Virus record (IMG/VR): IMGVR_UViG_3300029288_004479
Length of the DNA: 64,000 nt
Direction: 5' to 3' (one strand)
From: a virus
Taxonomy: Duplodnaviria; Heunggongvirae; Uroviricota; Caudoviricetes
Numbering within the stretch: position 1 is the first letter of the stretch; each line of letters begins with the position of its first letter. Shown one piece after another: positions 27,348-35,943 of this stretch. Made by a program: the position numbers and the translations under genes. The notes beneath the pieces were generated by a model. The model was not told where the DNA came from. It did no database searches and saw nothing but the letters and a program-made list of their open reading frames with translations.

Positions 27348-28657
27348 AATCGTATATAGTTGCAGGGATGGGATTCGGCGATGAAGGGAAAGGCAGTATT
27401 GTAGACTTCCTTGCAGACAAATATAATATTAAAAATACTGTCAGGTATAATGGAGGGAATCAGGCAGCACATCACGTTGTAAGAAATGGTATACTGCATT
27501 GTTTCAGCCAATGGGGATCATCTACACTATTACCTGATACCAAGACGATTATTAGTAACTATACGTTAATTGAACCATTTGCATTAGAAAACGAAGCAAA
27601 TACCTTGAAGAGTAAAGGGATATCAGATGTATATGAACGGGTGGTTATCGATGATCGGTGTTTGGTAGTAACGCCGATGCACAAACTGATCAATCAGATG
27701 AAAGAGATTACCAGTCGTAATAGCAGTTGTGGATGCGGAGTTGGGGAAACAGTATCGGATTCCAACAGGTTTAGTAAATATGCCTTACGTTCCGGCGATA
27801 TTATGGATGTAAATACATCATCAAAAAAACTTGATTTCATATGGAGGGTTAAAGTTGATCAGGCCGAACAGATAGTTGAAGACAATCCTGAAAACGCGAG
27901 TATAAAAGAAAGATATGATATTATTAAACATCTCGATACGATCAAACTGGCAGAAGAATATCTTGAAATCGCGAATAATCTTTCTATCGGGTCAGTCGAT
28001 AAGTTCTTATCAGAACCCTCTATATATGAAGGAGCACAGGGGGTATTACTCGATGTCAATCACGGATTCCACCCACACGTTACAAAAACAACAACGACGT
28101 TCGAGAATGCTGAGACCCTTTGTAAAACCCCCTATGAAAAAGTGGGTGTGATAAGACCGTATATTACAAGACATGGAAACGGGATATTACCTACAGAAGA
28201 TAAAATGCTTGAAAAAGCAATCCCGGATATCCACAATACATATAATGAGTGGCAAGGCAAGTTCAGGATAGGGTGGCAAGATCTTATACTAATGAAATAT
28301 GCAGTTAACCTAGCAAAACCAGATTATATCGCAATGACTAATATAGATAAAATCGCTGGTATGAATAAGATTAAGATTGGGATATCATACGAATATTACG
28401 GGAATGCAAATGTAGACCGATACTTTGAATGTAAAAGGAATGGTCATACCTGCATTTTACAAACTCTTAAAAAAGAGAGCGTGAGTGGTCAGTGTCAGGA
28501 ACTTAACAGTATCTTTAACGAGAGTACTCCCGTTTATAAGACATTCGATAATTACAAAGATTACTTTACGTTTCTCGAATCAGATGAAGGTATAAACACA
28601 CCGATCAATATCCTATCTTTTGGTATAGAAGCGGCAGATAAATATCTAATCAACTAA
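27344..28657 (+). CDS. purA: adenylosuccinate synthetase
   Basis: GFGDEGKGSIVD and GGNQAAHHV N-terminal motifs; ~437 aa. Confidence 0.8.
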   Translation: MKSYIVAGMGFGDEGKGSIVDFLADKYNIKNTVRYNGGNQAAHHVVRNGILHCFSQWGSSTLLPDTKTIISNYTLIEPFALENEANTLKSKGISDVYERVVIDDRCLVVTPMHKLINQMKEITSRNSSCGCGVGETVSDSNRFSKYALRSGDIMDVNTSSKKLDFIWRVKVDQAEQIVEDNPENASIKERYDIIKHLDTIKLAEEYLEIANNLSIGSVDKFLSEPSIYEGAQGVLLDVNHGFHPHVTKTTTTFENAETLCKTPYEKVGVIRPYITRHGNGILPTEDKMLEKAIPDIHNTYNEWQGKFRIGWQDLILMKYAVNLAKPDYIAMTNIDKIAGMNKIKIGISYEYYGNANVDRYFECKRNGHTCILQTLKKESVSGQCQELNSIFNESTPVYKTFDNYKDYFTFLESDEGINTPINILSFGIEAADKYLIN

Positions 28658-28682
28658 TTTTTATAACTCAAAACGGCACAAT

Positions 28683-29018
28683 GTGAAGAACCAAAATAAG
28701 AAAACTATTTATTTTAATAAAAACAAGTATTTGCGATCAATAATGCCAGAAACAAAAAAATATAGAAACGGAACACCTGTCAAAGTGTTTTTAGTTTTAT
28801 ACACCCCATATAACATAACGTATGTGGTAACAGTTCCCGGGGAACTCTCGGAAGCAGAACGTAGACGTATCTCTAAAAGTGTTATTGACGCAGCCAATCA
28901 ATATTATAAAACCCCGATTGCTATGAGGAGAAAACTCAATATAGATCATTTAAAATGGATGAATACGTTTGTAGAGTTGGCTAAGTTTAAAAATGTATTA
29001 ATTGAAGAAGCCGGGTAA
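28683..29018 (+). CDS. hypothetical basic protein
   Basis: 111 aa ORF. Confidence 0.35.
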   Translation: MKNQNKKTIYFNKNKYLRSIMPETKKYRNGTPVKVFLVLYTPYNITYVVTVPGELSEAERRRISKSVIDAANQYYKTPIAMRRKLNIDHLKWMNTFVELAKFKNVLIEEAG

Positions 29019-29265
29019 ATTAAAAGAACCCGAATGCATAAGATATATATACTATCCAGTTCAACCAGAGTATACCAAATATAGTTAGGTGTAAAGAAAT
29101 GACTTACAATGTAAATTCAACAGTAAGGGCAACACACCTAGCAACCGCTGTCAAGGGAATTGGGAGCGAAGGCTCTTTTATTGAGATAGTTACTGTAAGA
29201 AACTAATGATATTGTTTCCGGTCATTAGTTTCTAAATATACGATAACGGAAACGAAAATATGATT

Positions 29266-29364
29266 GCTCCCGTAGTGTAGTGGCAATCATGTGAGACCTT
29301 CAAGAAAACAAGTGGTTAATTTCGAGGAAATCTCACGATATGGGTTCGAATCCCGTCGGGAGCA
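29266..29364 (+). tRNA. tRNA-Glu(UUC) with 27-nt canonical intron (29303-29329); C at position 33
   Basis: Textbook hBHBh' motif (TGAGA/TCTCA, CCTT/GAGG, AAA bulge); mature anticodon loop CCUUCAA. Confidence 0.7.
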
Positions 29365-29367
29365 TAT

Positions 29368-29438
29368 GCATCCTTGATCCAGAGGCAAGATACCAGCTTG
29401 ACATGCTGGAAACACAGGTTCGATCCCTGTAGGATGCA
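29368..29438 (+). tRNA. tRNA-Val(GAC)
   Basis: Acceptor GCATCCT/AGGATGC; anticodon loop TTGACAT; T-loop TTCGATC. Confidence 0.8.
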
Positions 29439-29441
29439 TGG

Positions 29442-29512
29442 GCACTCTTGATCTATAGGTATGATTTCTGGTCGCCAGCCAGAGAGAACGGGTTCGAATC
29501 CCGTAGAGTGCA
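29442..29512 (+). tRNA. tRNA-Gly(GCC); C at position 33
   Basis: Acceptor GCACTCT/AGAGTGC; anticodon arm TCTGG-TCGCCAG-CCAGA; T-arm ACGGGTTCGAATCCCGT. Confidence 0.7.
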
Positions 29513-29536
29513 TCCCCAAAAAGAGGGAAAACAAAT

Positions 29537-29782
29537 ATGACCGTAGATGAAACGTTAGATCGATTAGAACGAATAGGCACGCGGAAATCGTTTGTATATC
29601 ACGAAGATGTCTTGAAATTCGTCGATAGTGAACGAAATAAAGATCCAGAGATGCCGTATGGTAAGAAGCGGATGTTAGAGGATATCGAAACAGACGTTAT
29701 AACTCATATGGGTAATGGTAGAAAAACTATCCGGAACGAAGAGTTACGGGGTATAATTATACGCCAAAGAAGTTATCAATAA
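29537..29782 (+). CDS. hypothetical protein embedded in tRNA array
   Basis: 81 aa ORF; GAGGG SD upstream. Confidence 0.4.
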   Translation: MTVDETLDRLERIGTRKSFVYHEDVLKFVDSERNKDPEMPYGKKRMLEDIETDVITHMGNGRKTIRNEELRGIIIRQRSYQ

Positions 29783-29853
29783 GCTTCCGGAGTCTGTCGG
29801 AATGATGCATCGTTCTCGGCGATGCGGAATGGGTTCAATTCCCATCGGAAGTA
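29783..29853 (+). tRNA. tRNA-Glu(CUC)
   Basis: Anticodon arm CATCG-TTCTCGG-CGATG; T-arm ATGGGTTCAATTCCCAT. Confidence 0.75.
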
Positions 29854-29855
29854 TT

Positions 29856-29928
29856 GGGACAGTAGATCAGTTGGGAGATCGCTACACCGAAGATGTAGTC
29901 GTCACCGGTTCGAATCCGGTCTGTCCCG
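29856..29928 (+). tRNA. tRNA-Phe(GAA); C at position 33
   Basis: Acceptor GGGACAG/CTGTCCC; D-stem GATC/GATC; anticodon arm CTACA-CCGAAGA-TGTAG. Confidence 0.8.
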
Positions 29929-30108
29929 TCTCCTGTGGGAGAAATCTGCCATCAGTGGCGTGGCGTGGGCCTTAGGTTACATCAACCGAACGATCTAAAC
30001 GCTGGTACAGGTGAAATGGACGATCATTCAAGGCCAGTTACGGTCATCGAAATCCACGGGGTGCGACTCGTTCTAACACCTCAAAGAAACCCACCACAGG
30101 AGTTAATT

Positions 30109-30180
30109 GCGCTCGTAGCAGAGTGGTAATGCGGCAGGCTCTTAACCTGAAGATCGTGCGTTCGATCCGCACCGGGCGCA
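30109..30180 (+). tRNA. tRNA-Lys(CUU)
   Basis: Acceptor GCGCTCG/CGGGCGC; anticodon loop CTCTTAA; T-arm GTGCGTTCGATCCGCAC. Confidence 0.75.
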
Positions 30181-30252
30181 TTCCCCAAAAAAGGAGTATA
30201 AAATGTAAAAACCAGAGGATATAAATGTAAAGGCAACCAACAAGGATATGTT

Positions 30253-30323
30253 GCGACGATGATCTAACGGTATGATCCTACCCTTCCAAGGTAGAGGCCC
30301 GGGTTCAATTCCCGGTCGTCGCA
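30253..30323 (+). tRNA. tRNA-Gly(UCC)
   Basis: Acceptor GCGACGA/TCGTCGC; anticodon arm CTACC-CTTCCAA-GGTAG. Confidence 0.8.
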
Positions 30324-30397
30324 TGTCCCGTAGCACAGTCCGGTAGTGCGGCGTTCTTATAAGGCGTATGTCATGGGTTCGATCCCCATCGGGACAA
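30324..30397 (+). tRNA. tRNA-Ile(UAU); anticodon stem has three G-U pairs
   Basis: Acceptor TGTCCCG/CGGGACA; D-stem GCAC/GTGC; anticodon loop CTTATAA. Confidence 0.6.
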
Positions 30398-30400
30398 CTA

Positions 30401-30475
30401 GGGCGAGTAGCATAGTCCGGCTAATGCGTCAGTCTGATAAGCTGAAGACCGCAGATTCAAATTCTGCCTCGCCCA
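30401..30475 (+). tRNA. tRNA-Ile(GAU)
   Basis: Acceptor GGGCGAG/CTCGCCC; anticodon arm TCAGT-CTGATAA-GCTGA. Confidence 0.8.
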
Positions 30476-30599
30476 TTTCATTGAGTTTTTTCAAAACGAA
30501 ACAAAATTAGACCATTTTGTTGACGCTAACAAAATGGTAATACAATACAACCATCGAGTTAAAGAAATCTATTTATATCCTTATCCCGTATAACTACTT

Positions 30600-31076
30600 A
30601 TGAAAATGTCATATATAATAATTTTAAGTTGTATTCTATTGGCTGGATTAGCAGTAATGCCGGTATCAGCATTTACAGCGAATACACTTGATTTTAAAAT
30701 CGATGAAAAAGGTGATGCACAGGTTGTGATGACCTATTCTCTGAATGCAATTGAGAGTGGTGCAATAGTTGCAAAAGGTGTAGGGTCAGTGGGTGTAGTT
30801 CAGGCACTTGTGGACGAATCGTTACCATATTCGGCAAAGGTAAAAACGGTCGAGTTGGGTAAGGCAACAATGACGATTCCGGGTTTTGCAACGGGGAATG
30901 CGGGTATAAAGACCACAAAAGAATTCTCAATGCAACCAGCGCAGGACAAAGCAAGTAAATATTGGTTTGAGTTCGGCAGTAACTTCGCTCCAAAAGAGAC
31001 TACAATAACGTTTGAAAATGGTAAAGTATATACGTATAAAAATCAAATGCGTATCCCAACAACTTCAAACACATAA
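30600..31076 (+). CDS. secreted protein with signal peptide
   Basis: N-terminal hydrophobic segment followed by AVMPVSAF. Confidence 0.45.
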   Translation: MKMSYIIILSCILLAGLAVMPVSAFTANTLDFKIDEKGDAQVVMTYSLNAIESGAIVAKGVGSVGVVQALVDESLPYSAKVKTVELGKATMTIPGFATGNAGIKTTKEFSMQPAQDKASKYWFEFGSNFAPKETTITFENGKVYTYKNQMRIPTTSNT

Positions 31077-31081
31077 TTTTC

Positions 31082-31155
31082 CCGTCAGTGTCAGAGCGGC
31101 TAACGAGACCGGCTGTAGACCGGTTAAATCGCAGGTTCAAATCCTGCCTGACGGA
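31082..31155 (+). tRNA. tRNA-Tyr(GUA); D-arm weakly paired
   Basis: Acceptor CCGTCAG/CTGACGG; anticodon arm ACCGG-CTGTAGA-CCGGT; T-arm GCAGGTTCAAATCCTGC. Confidence 0.65.
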
Positions 31156-31176
31156 TATCTTTTTAAAGTGATATAA

Positions 31177-31470
31177 ATGAGCAGATTAATGGATGAACCG
31201 GAAGAACTACCATATATATTTAAGTTAGTCAACAGAACAAAGGCATCAGCGTTAATGCAACTTGCAACGCCAAAACAACAACCGTGTTGCAGAAGGATCT
31301 CGTCGATAGATCAGGTCATGTGTGAACATCAGGACTCGAATATAATGTTTGATCCGGAAACACGGTGTTATTATCGTAACAGGGAATGGTGTACAAAACA
31401 AGAGAAACCATGCGGGTATACCATAGTGTTCTGTAAATGCCCGATGGGGTACAAAGTTAGCGATTTTTAA
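31177..31470 (+). CDS. hypothetical Cys-rich protein
   Basis: 97 aa ORF with multiple Cys. Confidence 0.4.
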   Translation: MSRLMDEPEELPYIFKLVNRTKASALMQLATPKQQPCCRRISSIDQVMCEHQDSNIMFDPETRCYYRNREWCTKQEKPCGYTIVFCKCPMGYKVSDF

Positions 31471-31541
31471 TAAACATAGCGGATAATTATATATCATCAA
31501 ACAACAAAATTCAGTACTGCGTAACAACGCATGGAAATTAC

Positions 31542-32543
31542 ATGATTGAAGCAATTGTATATGCGATTGGCTTTATTGCCTTGATTGTTGGTATAGCAGT
31601 TATCGTAACAAGTGGAAACAGTGGGGGTAGCAGCGAAGAGAGACAGGATGCAAGAAGATATGCATCCCTTTTTATAATTATTGGTATCGTTTTCTTGATA
31701 TTGCCCTCGTTCTTCGTTGTAGTGGATGCCGGATATGTAGGTGTCCAGAAAACGCTTGGGAAAGTGGATACTAAAACACTCTCGCCGGGGCTGGCACTCA
31801 AGAACCCGCTCACCGAAGTCATTCAGATGAGTACACGTACAGTAAAGTACATTGATTATGGAAAGAGTGATGTAGCGACGATTACAGCGTTATCCAACGA
31901 TGGTCTTGAGACTTCAATGGGTATAGCAGTTACATATCACATCAACCCGGCGAAAGCAGCGGAGTTATACATTCAGGTCGGAGAAGGATATCAGGATATT
32001 GTAATGGTTAATCCGATCCATTCAGTCCCAAGAGACATGATCTCGAAGTATGATACGAAGACACTATATTCGGCGTCGCAGGAAGGTAGTACGGATCGGG
32101 CGATGCTCGAACAGGAACTTTACACCCAAGTATCAGAACGCATTAACGCGAACGGTGTGAGGGACTCAATTGTTGTTGAACAGGTATCGATTCGTAACAT
32201 TGACTTCGTGCAGACATATAAGGACTCGATTGCCTCAAAGATGAAGATGGACACGGAGATTCAGCAGAAGAAACTTGAAGTCGAAAGGCAGAAGATGGAA
32301 GCTGAACGTGTGGCAGCACAGGCAGAAGGAGAAGCGAATAAGGCAAGAATCGATGCTAAAGGTGAAGCTGACGCCGCTCGTATCAGAGCGCAGGGTACTA
32401 AAGATGCAATGGCACTTGTCGGAGACCAATATGCAAAGATCCTGTTCATCCAGACCATGAAGGATAACCCGAGAGCGATATATATCCCAATCGGGAATGA
32501 CGGGTTACCTATAATCAAGACGGTTGATACAGCAACAGTCTAA
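31542..32543 (+). CDS. SPFH/band-7 (stomatin/prohibitin/HflKC-like) membrane protein
   Basis: N-terminal TM segment; GYVGVQKTLGKV block; C-terminal A/E/K-rich coiled coil. Confidence 0.7.
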   Translation: MIEAIVYAIGFIALIVGIAVIVTSGNSGGSSEERQDARRYASLFIIIGIVFLILPSFFVVVDAGYVGVQKTLGKVDTKTLSPGLALKNPLTEVIQMSTRTVKYIDYGKSDVATITALSNDGLETSMGIAVTYHINPAKAAELYIQVGEGYQDIVMVNPIHSVPRDMISKYDTKTLYSASQEGSTDRAMLEQELYTQVSERINANGVRDSIVVEQVSIRNIDFVQTYKDSIASKMKMDTEIQQKKLEVERQKMEAERVAAQAEGEANKARIDAKGEADAARIRAQGTKDAMALVGDQYAKILFIQTMKDNPRAIYIPIGNDGLPIIKTVDTATV

Positions 32544-32605
32544 CCCCCTCTTTTTTTTCACCAATGTATATATAGTTAAATAACATTTATAATTATCACA
32601 AACGA

Positions 32606-32812
32606 TTGGTTTTTATTATGCAAAAGTCATCTAAACTCTGGAAGGAACCAGAAAAGAAGGATATAAGGTTACAGTGGAACGACCACGCAAAGTACAACTG
32701 TATCTGTGATGCAACCGGTTGGACAATCAATCGTGGTGATCCGATTTATTATGATAAATTAAACAAAAAGATTTATTGCCAAAAATCTTTCTGCAAAGAA
32801 CAAAAAGGATAA
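32606..32812 (+). CDS. hypothetical protein
   Basis: 68 aa ORF. Confidence 0.35.
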   Translation: MVFIMQKSSKLWKEPEKKDIRLQWNDHAKYNCICDATGWTINRGDPIYYDKLNKKIYCQKSFCKEQKG

Positions 32813-32877
32813 TATTTTCACAAACTTTTGACAAAGTATATCTGCAAGGAATCATATATCAGATATAGAGACCTATT

Positions 32878-33228
32878 ATGGATAACACAAAAGAACATTG
32901 GTATGTTATCAGTGAGGATCAGTTGCAAACAATTGAACTCAACTTAAAAGAACGCGATTCGGACGGTTATGATGGATTTATGGCAGCGATCCGTGCGAAT
33001 CCATTACACGAACAATCAACAATTGAACTATGTAATAAGATTCACAAAATAAGTGAAAAGATGAAGTCTCTTGAAGAGGAGACTGATCACCAGATCGAGA
33101 GAATGGATGAACAAATATCTGATATCATGATTGCCATTGGGAGTAGGGATCGAGAGATCTCTGATCTAAAAACCCAAATCGATAAGATTAGTGAACTTAA
33201 AAAAGATGAAAAGCATTGCCACAAATGA
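32878..33228 (+). CDS. hypothetical coiled-coil protein
   Basis: 116 aa ORF. Confidence 0.4.
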   Translation: MDNTKEHWYVISEDQLQTIELNLKERDSDGYDGFMAAIRANPLHEQSTIELCNKIHKISEKMKSLEEETDHQIERMDEQISDIMIAIGSRDREISDLKTQIDKISELKKDEKHCHK

Positions 33229-33278
33229 TTTTTGGCAAAGTATACACAATCCTATAAACCGGTTATTGGTGGTAAAAA

Positions 33279-33725
33279 GTGGGAATTTTAAACGATATTA
33301 ATAAAGCATTACAATTAAATAAAAAACCCTCTCGCAAAGATGAAGGTTTACAACTTACTGGTAATAAAACTACAGTAGAAATTCCGTATAAAAAATGTCG
33401 AAATTGTCCATCATATAAGTGGATAAGTCAGATTGATTGGGATAAAAAACAAGATAATGGATATAGTGCGTGTTCAGATACGGGCAGTCCACTTAAAGAA
33501 TATGGTTATGCAGCACCTCCGCAGTCCTGCCCAAAAAAGGGTAAAGAAATTAGAGATAAAGAAGATTATTATAAAGAATTTGTTTTTAGATCAGGAATGA
33601 TGGCATTCGATGCGTTTCCAAATATTACGGCATGTCTGGAATATATTGCCACGAATCCCGAAGAATCGATGATTACAAGAGAATTTGCGTTATTAGCACT
33701 GAAAAGAGAGGAATGGATTGTATAA
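33279..33725 (+). CDS. hypothetical Cys-containing protein
   Basis: 148 aa ORF. Confidence 0.4.
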   Translation: MGILNDINKALQLNKKPSRKDEGLQLTGNKTTVEIPYKKCRNCPSYKWISQIDWDKKQDNGYSACSDTGSPLKEYGYAAPPQSCPKKGKEIRDKEDYYKEFVFRSGMMAFDAFPNITACLEYIATNPEESMITREFALLALKREEWIV

Positions 33726-33829
33726 TATATAATCGGATTGGGGATACGCCATCTTCAAAGACTATCATAAATTTTTTTGAGAAAGTATATTTACATTGCC
33801 GACATACACAATCCTACAAATGTTAATTA

Positions 33830-34900
33830 GTGGTGGATAAAATGTCGAAACAGAACCGCGATGTAGTAAGAGACGCGGTGTTTAAACGAGATAAGGAGAA
33901 ATGCGTGGTTCCCTACTGTAAGTGCAAACCGGACGACGCCCACCACCTCATTGAACGCAAACTATGGGATGAGAATACCGAGAACGGTGGATATATTCTG
34001 GAAAATCTGGTATCCGTATGTGAACGGCACCACAAACTCTGCGAGAACAATACGATCCTCCCGCGCACGTTACGTGCATATGCAGGAATAAACGAAGTCC
34101 TCCTACCAAAATCATTTGATAAAACAAAAGAATACGATAAGTGGGGTCGGGTGCTTGAACCACCAGCAAGAGAGCGAATGAAATACCCGCATACGCCGTA
34201 TTTACCATTCAGTCCAAGTGCAGATGAAAAGGATGTAAGGGAAAGCGGATATATGGATATACGGTGCCTGCTGAACAAACCGTTGCACATCTCAATAAAG
34301 ATGGATGGTAGCAATATATTGCTGACAAGAAATAATATCGCAGCTCGGAACGGATATGATGCGACTGGCAAGAGTTTCGATATGGCGAAACAAACCCATT
34401 CGATGTTTAAACACCTTATCCCGGAAGATGAGATGTGGTTTGGGGAATGGCTGTATGCAAAACACAGTATCCATTATATTGAGAATCTCAAACTAACGAA
34501 CTATCTGCAACTGTTCGGGATATACAATAAGAAAACACACATGTGGGCCGGTATTACTGATATACATGATCGGGTTAGCGAAGTAATAATCGAAACCGAT
34601 ATTACGCCGCCGCTTGCAGTGGGAGTGAATATCCCGGAAAAAGCACCAAGCATATCAGATATCCTTAACGGCAAAAGTGTTTACACGAACGAGAAAGACC
34701 TGAAAAACGAGTTAATTAAAATTGGGAATAGTGCGGTTAAGGGTGGGCACGAAGGTATAATTGTCAGGAACATGTATCCCTTCCATCACTCTCGATGGAA
34801 TGAGAACATAGCGAAGTTTGTCCGGGCGAATCATATCCAGACGAACAAACATTGGAGTCGTGGGCCGATCACTCGGAACGAAATAATGGAGAATGTATAA
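33830..34900 (+). CDS. HNH endonuclease domain fused to ATP-dependent RNA ligase (Rnl2-type nucleotidyltransferase)
   Basis: HNH: CVVPYC..C...HH......N..SVCERHH; ligase motif I KMDGSN, III FGEWL, IV HEGIIVRN, V IAKFVRANH. Confidence 0.65.
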   Translation: MVDKMSKQNRDVVRDAVFKRDKEKCVVPYCKCKPDDAHHLIERKLWDENTENGGYILENLVSVCERHHKLCENNTILPRTLRAYAGINEVLLPKSFDKTKEYDKWGRVLEPPARERMKYPHTPYLPFSPSADEKDVRESGYMDIRCLLNKPLHISIKMDGSNILLTRNNIAARNGYDATGKSFDMAKQTHSMFKHLIPEDEMWFGEWLYAKHSIHYIENLKLTNYLQLFGIYNKKTHMWAGITDIHDRVSEVIIETDITPPLAVGVNIPEKAPSISDILNGKSVYTNEKDLKNELIKIGNSAVKGGHEGIIVRNMYPFHHSRWNENIAKFVRANHIQTNKHWSRGPITRNEIMENV

Positions 34901-35940
34901 TGAATTATCACGAAGTTAAAAAATGTAGCGATCACCAAGATTATAATTTAACAACAGGGGATCTTTCAGATGTGTTGGGTGATATCCTTTATGGGTATCA
35001 TTATGATTCAAATAAACAAAAAGCAAACATCTATGAATTTGACTTGTTTTTTACATGTCCTTTCGACGATGAGTATGTAAAAAAATATGGAGATCACAAC
35101 GGATTCTCTAAAGATAATCAAAAACAGTTTGAAGAGTATGGGATATTAACAGAAGAGACAACAAAAGACAAGATCCAGAAAATCCCCTTACAATACGACG
35201 ATCATACACCGGCAGTATATTGCGACTGTGATCATAATGGGGAATTTGATCGAGTAGTTCCTACTTTCAAAGAAGCTTGCACTAATAATATATATGGGGA
35301 TATAAGAAAAAGAACGTTTTTCGAACGATTAATTAAACGCAACAACCCCTATCAGATCAAAGGAGTTATAGAAAGATCAATGTTATATCGGATGAGATTA
35401 AAGTTACCATTTGATGTAATTGCAGAACATATCACTGTAGATAAGATCCAATATGCCCAAAACGGAACAGAGAAATATATTCCAATGTACACATCAACAA
35501 GAAATACATGTAATAAAGTAGAAGATCTCAAAAAGAACCTTAATCGTATGCAAAGTATAATGTCTGAAATTGAGCAGAACATAGCTGACATTCAGGCAGA
35601 ACCTGAAAAATATATGCGACCGCACGAATACACCGCAACAAATACACGATTTGATCCATTTTGGAAAAAATGTCACGATACAGATGAAGAGGATAGAAAT
35701 ACCAAATATAATCTAAAAAACGGCGATCATTTATTAAAGAAATGTAAGTCAGAGTTCAAGAAAATGGAAGATGTAATGTTCCGTGCTGCATGGTACGATG
35801 TAGAACAAGATCCAATAGATCCAACGGATACAAAATGTTCACATAACAAATGCAATCGAGAACGCGCAAAAGGTAGTGAATATTGTGATAAATGTGTTCA
35901 GTTGCCAACAAAGGAATGCAATTTCTGTAAGTGTGAATAG
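34900..35940 (+). CDS. hypothetical protein with C-terminal Cys cluster
   Basis: TAATG overlap with upstream stop; C-terminal CSHNKCN...CDKC...CNFCKC. Confidence 0.45.
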   Translation: MNYHEVKKCSDHQDYNLTTGDLSDVLGDILYGYHYDSNKQKANIYEFDLFFTCPFDDEYVKKYGDHNGFSKDNQKQFEEYGILTEETTKDKIQKIPLQYDDHTPAVYCDCDHNGEFDRVVPTFKEACTNNIYGDIRKRTFFERLIKRNNPYQIKGVIERSMLYRMRLKLPFDVIAEHITVDKIQYAQNGTEKYIPMYTSTRNTCNKVEDLKKNLNRMQSIMSEIEQNIADIQAEPEKYMRPHEYTATNTRFDPFWKKCHDTDEEDRNTKYNLKNGDHLLKKCKSEFKKMEDVMFRAAWYDVEQDPIDPTDTKCSHNKCNRERAKGSEYCDKCVQLPTKECNFCKCE

Positions 35941-35943
35941 GAA

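Noticed and set aside
29266-29364. Possible opal-suppressor tRNA (anticodon UCA) that could explain the in-frame TGAs
   Set aside because: A UCA reading requires a mispaired anticodon stem. The canonical BHB-defined splicing instead gives the loop CCUUCAA with anticodon UUC (Glu). None of the 15 tRNAs has a UCA anticodon.
29935-30129. 64-aa ORF inside the tRNA array
   Set aside because: It overlaps a structured spacer and the start of tRNA-Lys. Its composition is implausible (GC-rich stems translated).
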